From the NCBI GenBank assembly GCA_949527715.1, contig CATEWF010000001.1, positions 9,883 to 73,882 of the forward strand: 64,000 nt of DNA, given 5' to 3'. A program made the position numbers and the translations under genes. Origin of the DNA: an uncultured Mycoplasmatota bacterium (lineage in GTDB: Bacteria; Bacillota_I; Bacilli_A; Mycoplasmatales; Mycoplasmoidaceae). Position 1 is the first letter of the stretch. Every line of letters starts with the position of its first letter. The notes below the pieces were generated by a model. That model was not told where the DNA came from and made no database searches. It was given only the letters and a program-made list of their open reading frames with translations. Positions 36,016-43,948 of this stretch are shown here, piece after piece.

Positions 36016-36190
36016 TTAACATATAATAATAGGAATACACTGAATGGGAGACTGATGCCACAACAGTTGCAGGAAGTTGCGAAAGCACAATATAATAGCA
36101 CAAATGTTAGCAGAAGAGTGCGCCCTAATGTCTGTTGAACAAACTATATACAGAAGGTAAGTGTTATTTCTATTATTTTTTTTTATTAAT

Positions 36191-36874
36191 ATGAAAAAAG
36201 ATAATCCAAGTCAACAAAAGATTGTTGATACTATTTCCTTAAAACAAAGGAAAGATAGTCATAAAAAATATAAAATAGAAAGTCTTGAATCGCTTAAAAC
36301 TTTAAGAACACGTTGGTTTAATGAAACCAACTATTATTATAGGGATAAAGATAGTTTAAGTGATAAAAGAGAAGTCTTTAATTTTATGGTTGAACATATT
36401 AATCATAGTAAAGATTGGTATGCTAACTGTTTTACTTCTTCTGATAGAAAATTATATAAAACATTAATTAGATTAGATTATAGTAGAGAATATAATAAAG
36501 AAAAACCATCTTCTATTTCGTATGTTCATTGGGATTACGAAAAATTTGGTTTTGGTGATGCTATCATTCTTAATAAACGAAACAATAGAAGAAGTTGGTT
36601 TATAACTGATAATGAATGGAAAGAAATTATTAAAACTGTGAAACATATTGCTCCGTGGGTAAAACGGCTTATCTATGCAAGTAATAATAATTACGTTTCT
36701 AAAAAGGATATAAACAATATTATCAATAGTGGTTGTGAATTAATCGGGGAAACAAATGCCAAAATATATAGACGTTCATTTGATATAGAAATATTCGGAG
36801 GTTGTGAAGGTAGATATATTAAACATATACCAGAGGAGGTAAAAGAATTTAAAGGTTATGAATTTATTATTTAG
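36191..36874 (+). CDS. hypothetical protein (227 aa)
   Basis: ATG at 36191 preferred over the GTG at 36161. Confidence 0.65.
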   Translation: MKKDNPSQQKIVDTISLKQRKDSHKKYKIESLESLKTLRTRWFNETNYYYRDKDSLSDKREVFNFMVEHINHSKDWYANCFTSSDRKLYKTLIRLDYSREYNKEKPSSISYVHWDYEKFGFGDAIILNKRNNRRSWFITDNEWKEIIKTVKHIAPWVKRLIYASNNNYVSKKDINNIINSGCELIGETNAKIYRRSFDIEIFGGCEGRYIKHIPEEVKEFKGYEFII

Positions 36875-36894
36875 CAATATTTAACACAAAAATA

Positions 36895-36926
36895 TTTGTT
36901 TATATTAAAGAAAAATCGTACCTTTG
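36895..36926 (+). promoter_or_regulatory. Bacteroidota-type promoter (Thg1-like / RNA ligase unit)
   Basis: TTTAAC upstream, TTTG 36895-36898, TAccTTTG 36919-36926, 20-nt spacer. Confidence 0.7.
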
Positions 36927-36954
36927 CATTGTTAAATATAAAAATCATAAGTAT

Positions 36955-37779
36955 ATGAAATTCGATAGTTTAAAAGAAAAATGTGAGTATTATCGTGGTC
37001 TTAACGATTCAAGGCTTGTACCAAATTCATATGTGATGGTAATGCTTGATGGCAGGTCGTTTTCAAAAAACATTAAAAATCATTTTAAGAAACCTTTTGA
37101 TGAAGATTTTATTGAAATGATGAATGAAACGGCTAAATATGTTTGTGCAAATGTACAAGGTTGTAAGATGGCATATACACAAAGTGATGAAATTAGTCTA
37201 ATTATTACTGATTTTGAAGATATTAATACAGATTCATTCTTTGGTTTACGTAATAATAAACTACATTCAATCATTGCTTCCCTTGCTACTTCAAAATTTA
37301 ATCAACTTATGATAGAGTATGCCTTTGAAAATGCAGCAATTGTTAAAGCAGAATTTAATCTTAAAAATATTAAGAATATAATTAATGCAACTAAACTTTA
37401 TCAGTTTGATTGTAAATGTTGGAATGTACCTTCTTGGAATGATACATTTGCTTGGTTGCTATATCGTCAAATTGATTGTATTCGTAATTCAAAACAGCAA
37501 GCAGCACAGTCTTATTTATCACATAAAGAATTAGTAGGTAATGAATGTGATAAACAAATTGAAATGCTTAAAGATGCACATGGTATTGATTGGTATACAG
37601 AATATAATGATGGTATGAAATACGGACGTTTTATTTATCGTGATAAGGAACATTTTGTATCTGATAAATATGGCGAATACGAAAGAACTGTATGGAATAG
37701 TCATTATGCATTTCCTTTAATGGAAGACGGTGGGAAAGAGCGTTTTAATGAACTTAATTTAATACCAAAGTTGTCATGA
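36955..37779 (+). CDS. Thg1-like protein (tRNA-His guanylyltransferase family 3'-5' nucleotidyl polymerase, 274 aa)
   Basis: VMVMLDGRSFSK..FKKPFDEDF..(n)..AYTQSDEISLI matches the conserved Thg1/TLP catalytic core (R.DG..F...f.kP.D ... qSDEiS). Confidence 0.8.
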   Translation: MKFDSLKEKCEYYRGLNDSRLVPNSYVMVMLDGRSFSKNIKNHFKKPFDEDFIEMMNETAKYVCANVQGCKMAYTQSDEISLIITDFEDINTDSFFGLRNNKLHSIIASLATSKFNQLMIEYAFENAAIVKAEFNLKNIKNIINATKLYQFDCKCWNVPSWNDTFAWLLYRQIDCIRNSKQQAAQSYLSHKELVGNECDKQIEMLKDAHGIDWYTEYNDGMKYGRFIYRDKEHFVSDKYGEYERTVWNSHYAFPLMEDGGKERFNELNLIPKLS

Positions 37780-37973
37780 AAGTAATTATAACAGAAGTTA
37801 AAATAGGATGGTTCAAGAATGAATATTCTAAAATTAGAGAGTTTGATGAATGGAAATATGAATATCTTCCTGTAATAGATGATGTATTGTTTATTAATGA
37901 TGAACAATATAAAGTTCTTCAAAGAAGTTTTCATTGTATAGATATAGTACAAATTTATGTAAGAAAGGTCTAA
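37776..37973 (+). CDS. hypothetical protein (65 aa)
   Basis: ATGA overlap with the Thg1-like stop codon. Confidence 0.5.
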   Translation: MKVIITEVKIGWFKNEYSKIREFDEWKYEYLPVIDDVLFINDEQYKVLQRSFHCIDIVQIYVRKV

Positions 37974-37979
37974 ATTATT

Positions 37980-38657
37980 ATGAAAAGATACGATTCAATA
38001 GATAATGTAAGATATGACAAAACCCTTATGGGTGAAGAAGTTTGGGCTTTTAACAAACTTGATGGACAAAATTTTGGTGTTAAGTATTCACCTAAAAATA
38101 AAGAGTTTACAGATTTTACATCAAGAAATTGTAATGTCGATGAAACACATTCTCAATTTGGTGATGCTGTAAAGTATTTTAAAGAACATTATGCTGATAG
38201 ACTGAAAGAAATTATTAATAGTAATTCTGGTAAAAATCAAATTTTCAAGGGAGTTGAAGAAATAATGTTTTTCTTTGAGTGGTATGGTGAAAACTCATTT
38301 GCTGGTTTTCACACCGAAGGTGATGAACTTAAACTTGCTTTGATTGATGTCTTTATGAAAAAGAAGGGTTATATAGAGCCAAAAGAATTTTATGAATTAT
38401 TTTGTAATGATCCAATAATTCTAACTCCAGAAGTAATTTATAAAGGCAAATTAACACAAGAGTTTATTAATTCTATTAATGAAAATGATTGGACACAGGA
38501 TGGCTGTCAATACCCTAATGTAAAAGAAGGTGTAGTTATTAGACGTTCTACTAGAATGAAAGGTCAAAGAATGCCTAAAACGAAAACAAAGACTAAATGG
38601 TGGATAAATAAATTACACGAGAACTTTACTGAGGAAGAATGTAAGAAATTGGAGTAA
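37980..38657 (+). CDS. ATP-dependent RNA ligase-like nucleotidyltransferase (225 aa)
   Basis: Motif I NKLDGQN, motif IIIa-like FFFEWYGENSFAG, motif IV EGVVIRR, Lys-rich motif V KTKTKTK. Confidence 0.7.
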   Translation: MKRYDSIDNVRYDKTLMGEEVWAFNKLDGQNFGVKYSPKNKEFTDFTSRNCNVDETHSQFGDAVKYFKEHYADRLKEIINSNSGKNQIFKGVEEIMFFFEWYGENSFAGFHTEGDELKLALIDVFMKKKGYIEPKEFYELFCNDPIILTPEVIYKGKLTQEFINSINENDWTQDGCQYPNVKEGVVIRRSTRMKGQRMPKTKTKTKWWINKLHENFTEEECKKLE

Positions 38658-38685
38658 TAAACTATTACATTAAGAAGTTTTAAAA

Positions 38686-38961
38686 ATGGAAGTTAAATCT
38701 AAAAGAGCCGAAGGTGTTTTGAAAGAAATACTTGATAAAATTGATGAAGTAGAACTTACAAGAACCCGTAAACGTATGATGTTAGCAGTAAAGATTAGTG
38801 AAGCAATGATTAAATGTGGCTATAGTAAAGAACAATTCGCTCATCTTATGAACAAGGATGTATCTATTATTTCAGATTGGTTATCTGGCGATGAAAATTT
38901 TACGATTAACACTTTAATGGATATCGAGAATATTCTTGGAATAAAACTTCTTAATGTATAA
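38686..38961 (+). CDS. XRE-family helix-turn-helix protein (91 aa)
   Basis: ..YSKEQFAHLMNKDVSIISDWLSG..NFTINTLMDIENILG.. is a typical HTH_3 pattern. Confidence 0.65.
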   Translation: MEVKSKRAEGVLKEILDKIDEVELTRTRKRMMLAVKISEAMIKCGYSKEQFAHLMNKDVSIISDWLSGDENFTINTLMDIENILGIKLLNV

Positions 38962-39388
38962 TTTTTTTATTATGGAATATATTGTAGAAAAAGAGTTTCT
39001 ATCTAAATTAGGTAGAATGAATGGAAAAGTACGAGAAGAAATTGTTAAAAAATTTCCTGAAATATACAATGATGAGGCTAAATTTTGCTATATTGGTCAA
39101 ATAATTTATTCAAAGAAAAAAGAATCCTTTTATACTATTGTAAAAGTAAAAAATGAAATAAAGTTTCTTAATATTACTAATAGTAGTTTTTGGAAGAATA
39201 CTATAAAGTTAGATTACGATAAATATCCGACATATACTCCTGGTAGTGATGATGATAAGATTATAACTAAAGGTATGTTCCGTGATTTGTTAGGAGAATT
39301 TTCTTATAGATTTGAAGAATTTATACCAATTAGAAATAATGATATGCTTCGTTTAAGAAATAGCCTTATGACTGATAAAAATTGTTAA
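38954..39388 (+). CDS. hypothetical protein (144 aa; alternative ATG at 38972)
   Basis: ATG ORF overlapping the previous stop. Confidence 0.6.
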   Translation: MYNFFIMEYIVEKEFLSKLGRMNGKVREEIVKKFPEIYNDEAKFCYIGQIIYSKKKESFYTIVKVKNEIKFLNITNSSFWKNTIKLDYDKYPTYTPGSDDDKIITKGMFRDLLGEFSYRFEEFIPIRNNDMLRLRNSLMTDKNC

Positions 39389-39393
39389 GAATA

Positions 39394-41052
39394 ATGAGTC
39401 GAATTAGTATTACAGATAGCAAAGGATTTCGTTATACAGTTGATGATACGAAATCTATTGGTAGTGGTGGAGAAGCCTGCATTTATTCGTTAAATAATGG
39501 TAATGTAGTTAAACTTTATCATAACATTTCAGATGCAATTTCTCCTAAGAAAATAAATGAATTAACTGTACTTGATGACACTTTATTTGTAAAACCATTA
39601 ATGCCAGTACATGGTGATAAGAATGGCTATATAATGAAAGAATTAGATTTAAGCAAATATTACCCTATCTATTCGTTATATAGTTCATCATTTGTACTTA
39701 AAAATGGTTTTCCACGAGATTATAAGAAAGTTATATCTGAAAAGTTAGTTAAAGCGGTTAAAAATGCCCACGACAATAATATTGTTATTGGAGATTTAAA
39801 TCCATTCAATATTATGGTGAATAATCAATTGGATGTTAAGTTTATTGATGTTGATTCATATCAGACAATATCATATAAACATAATGATAAATTATTAGAA
39901 GATATACGTGATTATTACTATAATGGAAAGGTATCAAAGGAAAGTGATTATTTTTCGTTATCAATCATAGTATTTTGTTTATTCACTGGTATTCATCCAT
40001 ATAAAGGAATACATAATGTATATAGGGATAAACTAAAAGATAGGGAAATAAATAACATATCACTTCTTAATGAAAAAGAAATCAATAATATAAAAGTACC
40101 TAAATTTTATGTCCCGATTGATAATTCATTAAAGGATATGTTCTATCAATTGTATCAATTGAATAAACGTTTCCTTATCAATATGGAAGGAAAAACAATC
40201 GCTGATGTTAAGTTCGATGCCATTGTTGCTTCAAATGAATTGCTCATTCGCAGTCTATTTAAAGGTAATATTTTAAATGTATGCTGTTCTAACAAGTTTA
40301 TGGCAATATTCAATGATAAAGATACTCAACTTTATTCATTGGAAAGCAAAGGTATAATTGTAAGAATTGGAAATATTGACAAAAAATATCCTTTAATATT
40401 AACAGATAAGAATATATTCACAATATATAATAATCATTTATATCTATGTAATGTTAAAGAACAAAAATTTACTGCATTTAAATCATTAATGTTCAATAAT
40501 GTTTATCTAATAAAACAATATGAAAATATATTGGTAGTGATTACAAAAGATGATAAACGTTATACAATTTATCTTGATGAGATATTTGCCAATAACATAA
40601 GATATACAGTAGATGATGTTTATCATAAGACGTTTACCAAAGTGAACGGTTTGATACAACGGATAAATAACAGTTCTACAAATATATTTTATAATTCAAA
40701 TGGTAAGTTGATGCAGAATATGATACCTGAAAAGGTAGTAGATATTATACAAAATCGTAATACTGGTATTTATACTGTTATTGAGAATAATAATGTAATT
40801 CATAAACTATTCTATATTAATCAGTATGGAAACATGAAGACTAAATCATTGACTGAAATGTACCCATTTACATCTAATGATAAGTTTGTAATTCTATATT
40901 GTGATGATAAATTACATTTCCTTGATAAAGAAACCTTAAATGAAGTAGTATCTTTTGAAGCCAATGGATTGGATAATTGTCAAATAATGTCAACACAATC
41001 TGGCATTGTAACATTTAATAATAGTGAATGTCAGATTTTAAATACTAAATAA
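39394..41052 (+). CDS. eukaryotic-type Ser/Thr protein kinase with large C-terminal repeat-like domain (552 aa)
   Basis: Gly-loop GSGGEACIY, Lys in VVKLY, catalytic loop IVIGDLNPFNIMV, DFG-like FIDVDSY, ESDYFSLSI; ATG at 39394 preferred over the TTG at 39382. Confidence 0.7.
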   Translation: MSRISITDSKGFRYTVDDTKSIGSGGEACIYSLNNGNVVKLYHNISDAISPKKINELTVLDDTLFVKPLMPVHGDKNGYIMKELDLSKYYPIYSLYSSSFVLKNGFPRDYKKVISEKLVKAVKNAHDNNIVIGDLNPFNIMVNNQLDVKFIDVDSYQTISYKHNDKLLEDIRDYYYNGKVSKESDYFSLSIIVFCLFTGIHPYKGIHNVYRDKLKDREINNISLLNEKEINNIKVPKFYVPIDNSLKDMFYQLYQLNKRFLINMEGKTIADVKFDAIVASNELLIRSLFKGNILNVCCSNKFMAIFNDKDTQLYSLESKGIIVRIGNIDKKYPLILTDKNIFTIYNNHLYLCNVKEQKFTAFKSLMFNNVYLIKQYENILVVITKDDKRYTIYLDEIFANNIRYTVDDVYHKTFTKVNGLIQRINNSSTNIFYNSNGKLMQNMIPEKVVDIIQNRNTGIYTVIENNNVIHKLFYINQYGNMKTKSLTEMYPFTSNDKFVILYCDDKLHFLDKETLNEVVSFEANGLDNCQIMSTQSGIVTFNNSECQILNTK

Positions 41053-41135
41053 ATTTTGTTTTATCAAAAATAAAACGTATATTTGAAAAGTAATAAAAAA
41101 AAAATATTGTTTAACAGAATAAAAATTTTTGGATA

Positions 41136-41627
41136 ATGAGAAAATTAACACTTATCGGAAGAATCGTTGCAGATGCCGAAAAACAAGTAACAAGTAATGG
41201 TCGTGAATATCTTACATTCAGACTGGCTAATAATGAATTTGCTGACCCAAAAGACTCTGATGGAAAACAGACCCCTTATTGGTTTAGAGTAACTTCTTGG
41301 GAGGCAAAACATATTAATCTAACTAAGTATTTGACTAAGGGAAAGCCTGTAATCGTTATTGGTGATTATAAGGATAGTATCTACGAAAGTAAGAATACAG
41401 GTAAATGGGAAATCAGTCGAGATATTATCGCTGATAGCATCAACTTTGTTGAGGGTTCTGCAAGTAATAATGGAACACAACCAACGACTACTACACAGAA
41501 GAATGATGCAGCACCTGTTAATACGACAAAGACTACAATCCCACAAGTAACTTCTACACCAGTTACTCCACAGGTTATTATGACAAACACATCTAATAGT
41601 AATGACGATGATGAATTGCCATTCTAA
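41136..41627 (+). CDS. ssb: single-stranded DNA-binding protein (163 aa)
   Basis: OB-fold N-terminus (LIGRIVADAE..YWFRVTSW), low-complexity T/P/Q linker and acidic tip DDDELPF. Confidence 0.85.
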   Translation: MRKLTLIGRIVADAEKQVTSNGREYLTFRLANNEFADPKDSDGKQTPYWFRVTSWEAKHINLTKYLTKGKPVIVIGDYKDSIYESKNTGKWEISRDIIADSINFVEGSASNNGTQPTTTTQKNDAAPVNTTKTTIPQVTSTPVTPQVIMTNTSNSNDDDELPF

Positions 41628-41639
41628 TATAAAAACTAT

Positions 41640-41762
41640 ATGATTAATAGTATGAAAAATAAGAAAATGATTTCTTTCAATTGGGAAACTAAGGAAATAC
41701 GTAATGCAGAACGTATTGGTGCTATGTATTGTTTTAAACGTTGTGATGTAAATCAGAATTAA
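41640..41762 (+). CDS. possible mini-protein (40 aa)
   Basis: Hand-translated MINSMKNKKMISFNWETKEIRNAERIGAMYCFKRCDVNQN; followed by a terminator. Confidence 0.35.
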   Translation: MINSMKNKKMISFNWETKEIRNAERIGAMYCFKRCDVNQN

Positions 41763-41792
41763 TTTTGTAGCCGATTGAAATTAAGTGTGTTA

Positions 41793-41830
41793 AAAGGAAT
41801 AACTCTTTCGTTATTCCTTTTATATTTTAT
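41793..41830 (+). terminator. intrinsic terminator
   Basis: AAAGGAATAAC (41793-41803) pairs with GTTATTCCTTT (41810-41820), followed by a T-rich tail. Confidence 0.7.
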
Positions 41831-41852
41831 TAGTTTAATTTAACACAAAATA

Positions 41853-41884
41853 TTTGGTTATATAAAATTTTTGTAGTAACTTTG
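41853..41884 (+). promoter_or_regulatory. Bacteroidota-type promoter
   Basis: TTTAAC upstream, TTTG 41853-41856, TAacTTTG 41877-41884, 20-nt spacer. Confidence 0.7.
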
Positions 41885-41908
41885 TATTATAAAATAAAAG
41901 AAGACAGT

Positions 41909-42352
41909 ATGGTAGAAAAAGATTACACATATTTGTTTGATATACTTGTAAATGGTAAATCAAATACAAAAGTTAGTGATGATAAACGAAATCACATTAA
42001 AATGGCAATTACAGAAATGAATAATTGGTATGATTTATTCATTAAACGTATTGAAGAAGAAAAAGATAAAAAGCAATTTATGCGAAATATGGGAGATAAA
42101 CCTATTTCTAATATAACGGATATTCAATTTGAAGAAGATAAATTCTTTAAAGATGATAATGAAATTAAACAATTAATTGTTTATCATTGGTTTGCTTATC
42201 TATTGCGTTATAGATTGCCGAGATTTCCTGATGGTAAAACACTTAGAGCAAATAGAAAAAAGTTGCTTAAAGAACTAAGTGATGGAAAAATGACAACTAC
42301 AAAAACAATTGAAATGCTGAATTCAATATATAGTCAATTAAAAAATATTTAA
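41909..42352 (+). CDS. hypothetical protein (147 aa)
   Basis: ATG at 41909 preferred; the track start is a TTG inside the -7 box. Confidence 0.65.
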   Translation: MVEKDYTYLFDILVNGKSNTKVSDDKRNHIKMAITEMNNWYDLFIKRIEEEKDKKQFMRNMGDKPISNITDIQFEEDKFFKDDNEIKQLIVYHWFAYLLRYRLPRFPDGKTLRANRKKLLKELSDGKMTTTKTIEMLNSIYSQLKNI

Positions 42353-42363
42353 TACATTTGTAT

Positions 42364-42777
42364 ATGAAAGAAATTATTAAAGGAACAAAAGAACAACGCA
42401 TTAATCGAATGACAAGAATGGCACTTGAGTGGCAAGATGATGCAAGAACACCAAGTCAGTTAAAAAATAGTTCTTACTATTTTAGAAAATACCATATCGG
42501 TCCTTATAAGGTTGATTTTTTTGATGACATCAAGACAGCCAATATTAACCGAGAGTGGGTACTAAATAAGATGCAAATATGTTCTGAACATAAAAGACTT
42601 CTTAAACATAAATTGATACAACGTAAGTTAAATGAAGTTCAGCAGCCTACATTGTTTGATGAAATTAATAAAGAAGAAAATGTAGAAGTCGTTTCAAATA
42701 GTCTTGAAAAATACAATGATTTAGAGTTAATAGATGAATTGAAAAGACGTGAGTATATGGTTTTTAAAAAGTGTTAA
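42364..42777 (+). CDS. hypothetical protein (137 aa)
   Basis: ATG at 42364 preferred over the TTG at 42358. Confidence 0.65.
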   Translation: MKEIIKGTKEQRINRMTRMALEWQDDARTPSQLKNSSYYFRKYHIGPYKVDFFDDIKTANINREWVLNKMQICSEHKRLLKHKLIQRKLNEVQQPTLFDEINKEENVEVVSNSLEKYNDLELIDELKRREYMVFKKC

Positions 42778-42808
42778 AAATATAATAACAATTTTTTAAC
42801 ATTAAAAA

Positions 42809-42840
42809 TTTGGTTATGTAGAAAATTTTCCATACCTTTG
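42809..42840 (+). promoter_or_regulatory. Bacteroidota-type promoter
   Basis: TTTAAC upstream, TTTG 42809-42812, TAccTTTG 42833-42840, 20-nt spacer. Confidence 0.7.
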
Positions 42841-42895
42841 TATTGTAATTAAAAAGAAGAAAATAAATAGTATTAACAATTAAAAAAGAGAAATT

Positions 42896-43678
42896 ATGAC
42901 AAACGCAATGTTGATTGTAGACATGCAGAATGATTTTGTCTGCACAAATGGCACACTTTCAGTTCCAGGTGCCGAAGAAGATGCAAAAAGAACAGCTGAT
43001 TTTATTAAAAAAAATGCTCGAAACATTTATCATATTTCAGCAACTCTTGATAGTCATCACCCTATTCATATAGCAAATGCTATTTTTTGGAAAGATGCAA
43101 ATGGTAATCATCCTTCACCATTTACTACCATTACTGCACAGGATATTAAGGATGGAAAATGGCAAACAGCATTTAATCCTCAGTGGGCTGTACATTATGT
43201 TGAGGAACTTGAGAAAAAAGGGAAAATTCTTACTATATGGACTGATCATTGCATTATTGGAAGTGAAGGATGGGCTTTGTATAAAGATATTGCTAATGCA
43301 TTGATCGATTGGGAAAAGGAAACTTCACGTCCTTATCATCTTGAGTTTAAGGGAAGCAATTGGTATACTGAACATTATAGTATCTTTAAGGGTGAAGTAG
43401 AAGTTCCTAATTGTCCTGAGACACAGTTGAATCAGAATCTTATTAATATTCTTAATAAATTTGACCGAATATTTCTTTTGGGTGAAGCATCCTCAGTATG
43501 TGTAAAAAATTCACTTAACGACCTTAACAACTATGCTCCTGACCTTGTAAGCAAGTTGGTTATTCTCGAAGACTGTATGTCACCTATCGGTCCTTGGGAT
43601 ATTAATACTGATGCCGTTTATCAGAAAGCAGTATCTTTGGGTGCAAAGATTATGAAATCAACAGATGTTACATTTTAA
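42896..43678 (+). CDS. pncA: isochorismatase-family cysteine hydrolase, probable nicotinamidase (260 aa)
   Basis: MLIVDMQNDF (catalytic Asp), His cluster LDSHHPIH, and nucleophile Cys in GEASSVCV. Confidence 0.6.
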   Translation: MTNAMLIVDMQNDFVCTNGTLSVPGAEEDAKRTADFIKKNARNIYHISATLDSHHPIHIANAIFWKDANGNHPSPFTTITAQDIKDGKWQTAFNPQWAVHYVEELEKKGKILTIWTDHCIIGSEGWALYKDIANALIDWEKETSRPYHLEFKGSNWYTEHYSIFKGEVEVPNCPETQLNQNLINILNKFDRIFLLGEASSVCVKNSLNDLNNYAPDLVSKLVILEDCMSPIGPWDINTDAVYQKAVSLGAKIMKSTDVTF

Positions 43679-43684
43679 CTTAAA

Positions 43685-43948
43685 ATGAGTGCTAAATGTA
43701 TAAATAAAAATACTTGTATATTATTAATACATTTTCCAGTTTCTTTATTGCCAGTAGAACAAATGGTAGATTTTACAGAAGATTTACATCGTTATTGTGA
43801 TGATACTGTATTTCCATTTGTAATCGCTGACAATGTTGAGAAAGTTGAAATCGAATTTATTAATAATGAAACTCTTTCAGAAAAAGAAAGAGAAAAGTTA
43901 AATACAACAATAGAGAATTTATTAACAAAAAATAAAAATAAAGAGTAA
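43685..43948 (+). CDS. hypothetical protein (87 aa)
   Basis: ATG ORF; stop overlaps the next start (TAATG). Confidence 0.55.
   Translation: MSAKCINKNTCILLIHFPVSLLPVEQMVDFTEDLHRYCDDTVFPFVIADNVEKVEIEFINNETLSEKEREKLNTTIENLLTKNKNKE

Noticed and set aside
36055-36138. 27-codon ORF (MPQQLQEVAKAQYNSTNVSRRVRPNVC) in the GC-enriched spacer
   Set aside because: It is too short, has no promoter cassette or recognisable motif, and differs in composition from the neighbouring genes. The region is reported instead as a candidate structured RNA.
306-42840. Could the regularly recurring ~32-60-bp intergenic motif be a CRISPR-like or other repeat array?
   Set aside because: The copies are separated by whole genes of very different lengths (0.3-3 kb), always sit upstream of start codons in the gene orientation, and match a known promoter architecture. 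No cas genes are present.
2952-43304. Same-strand alternative-frame ORFs (2952..3263, 11180..11377, 11831..12028, 17938..18129, 41359..41550, 43077..43304)
   Set aside because: They are nested out of frame inside better-supported genes, several of which have clear domain motifs. There is no independent start context.
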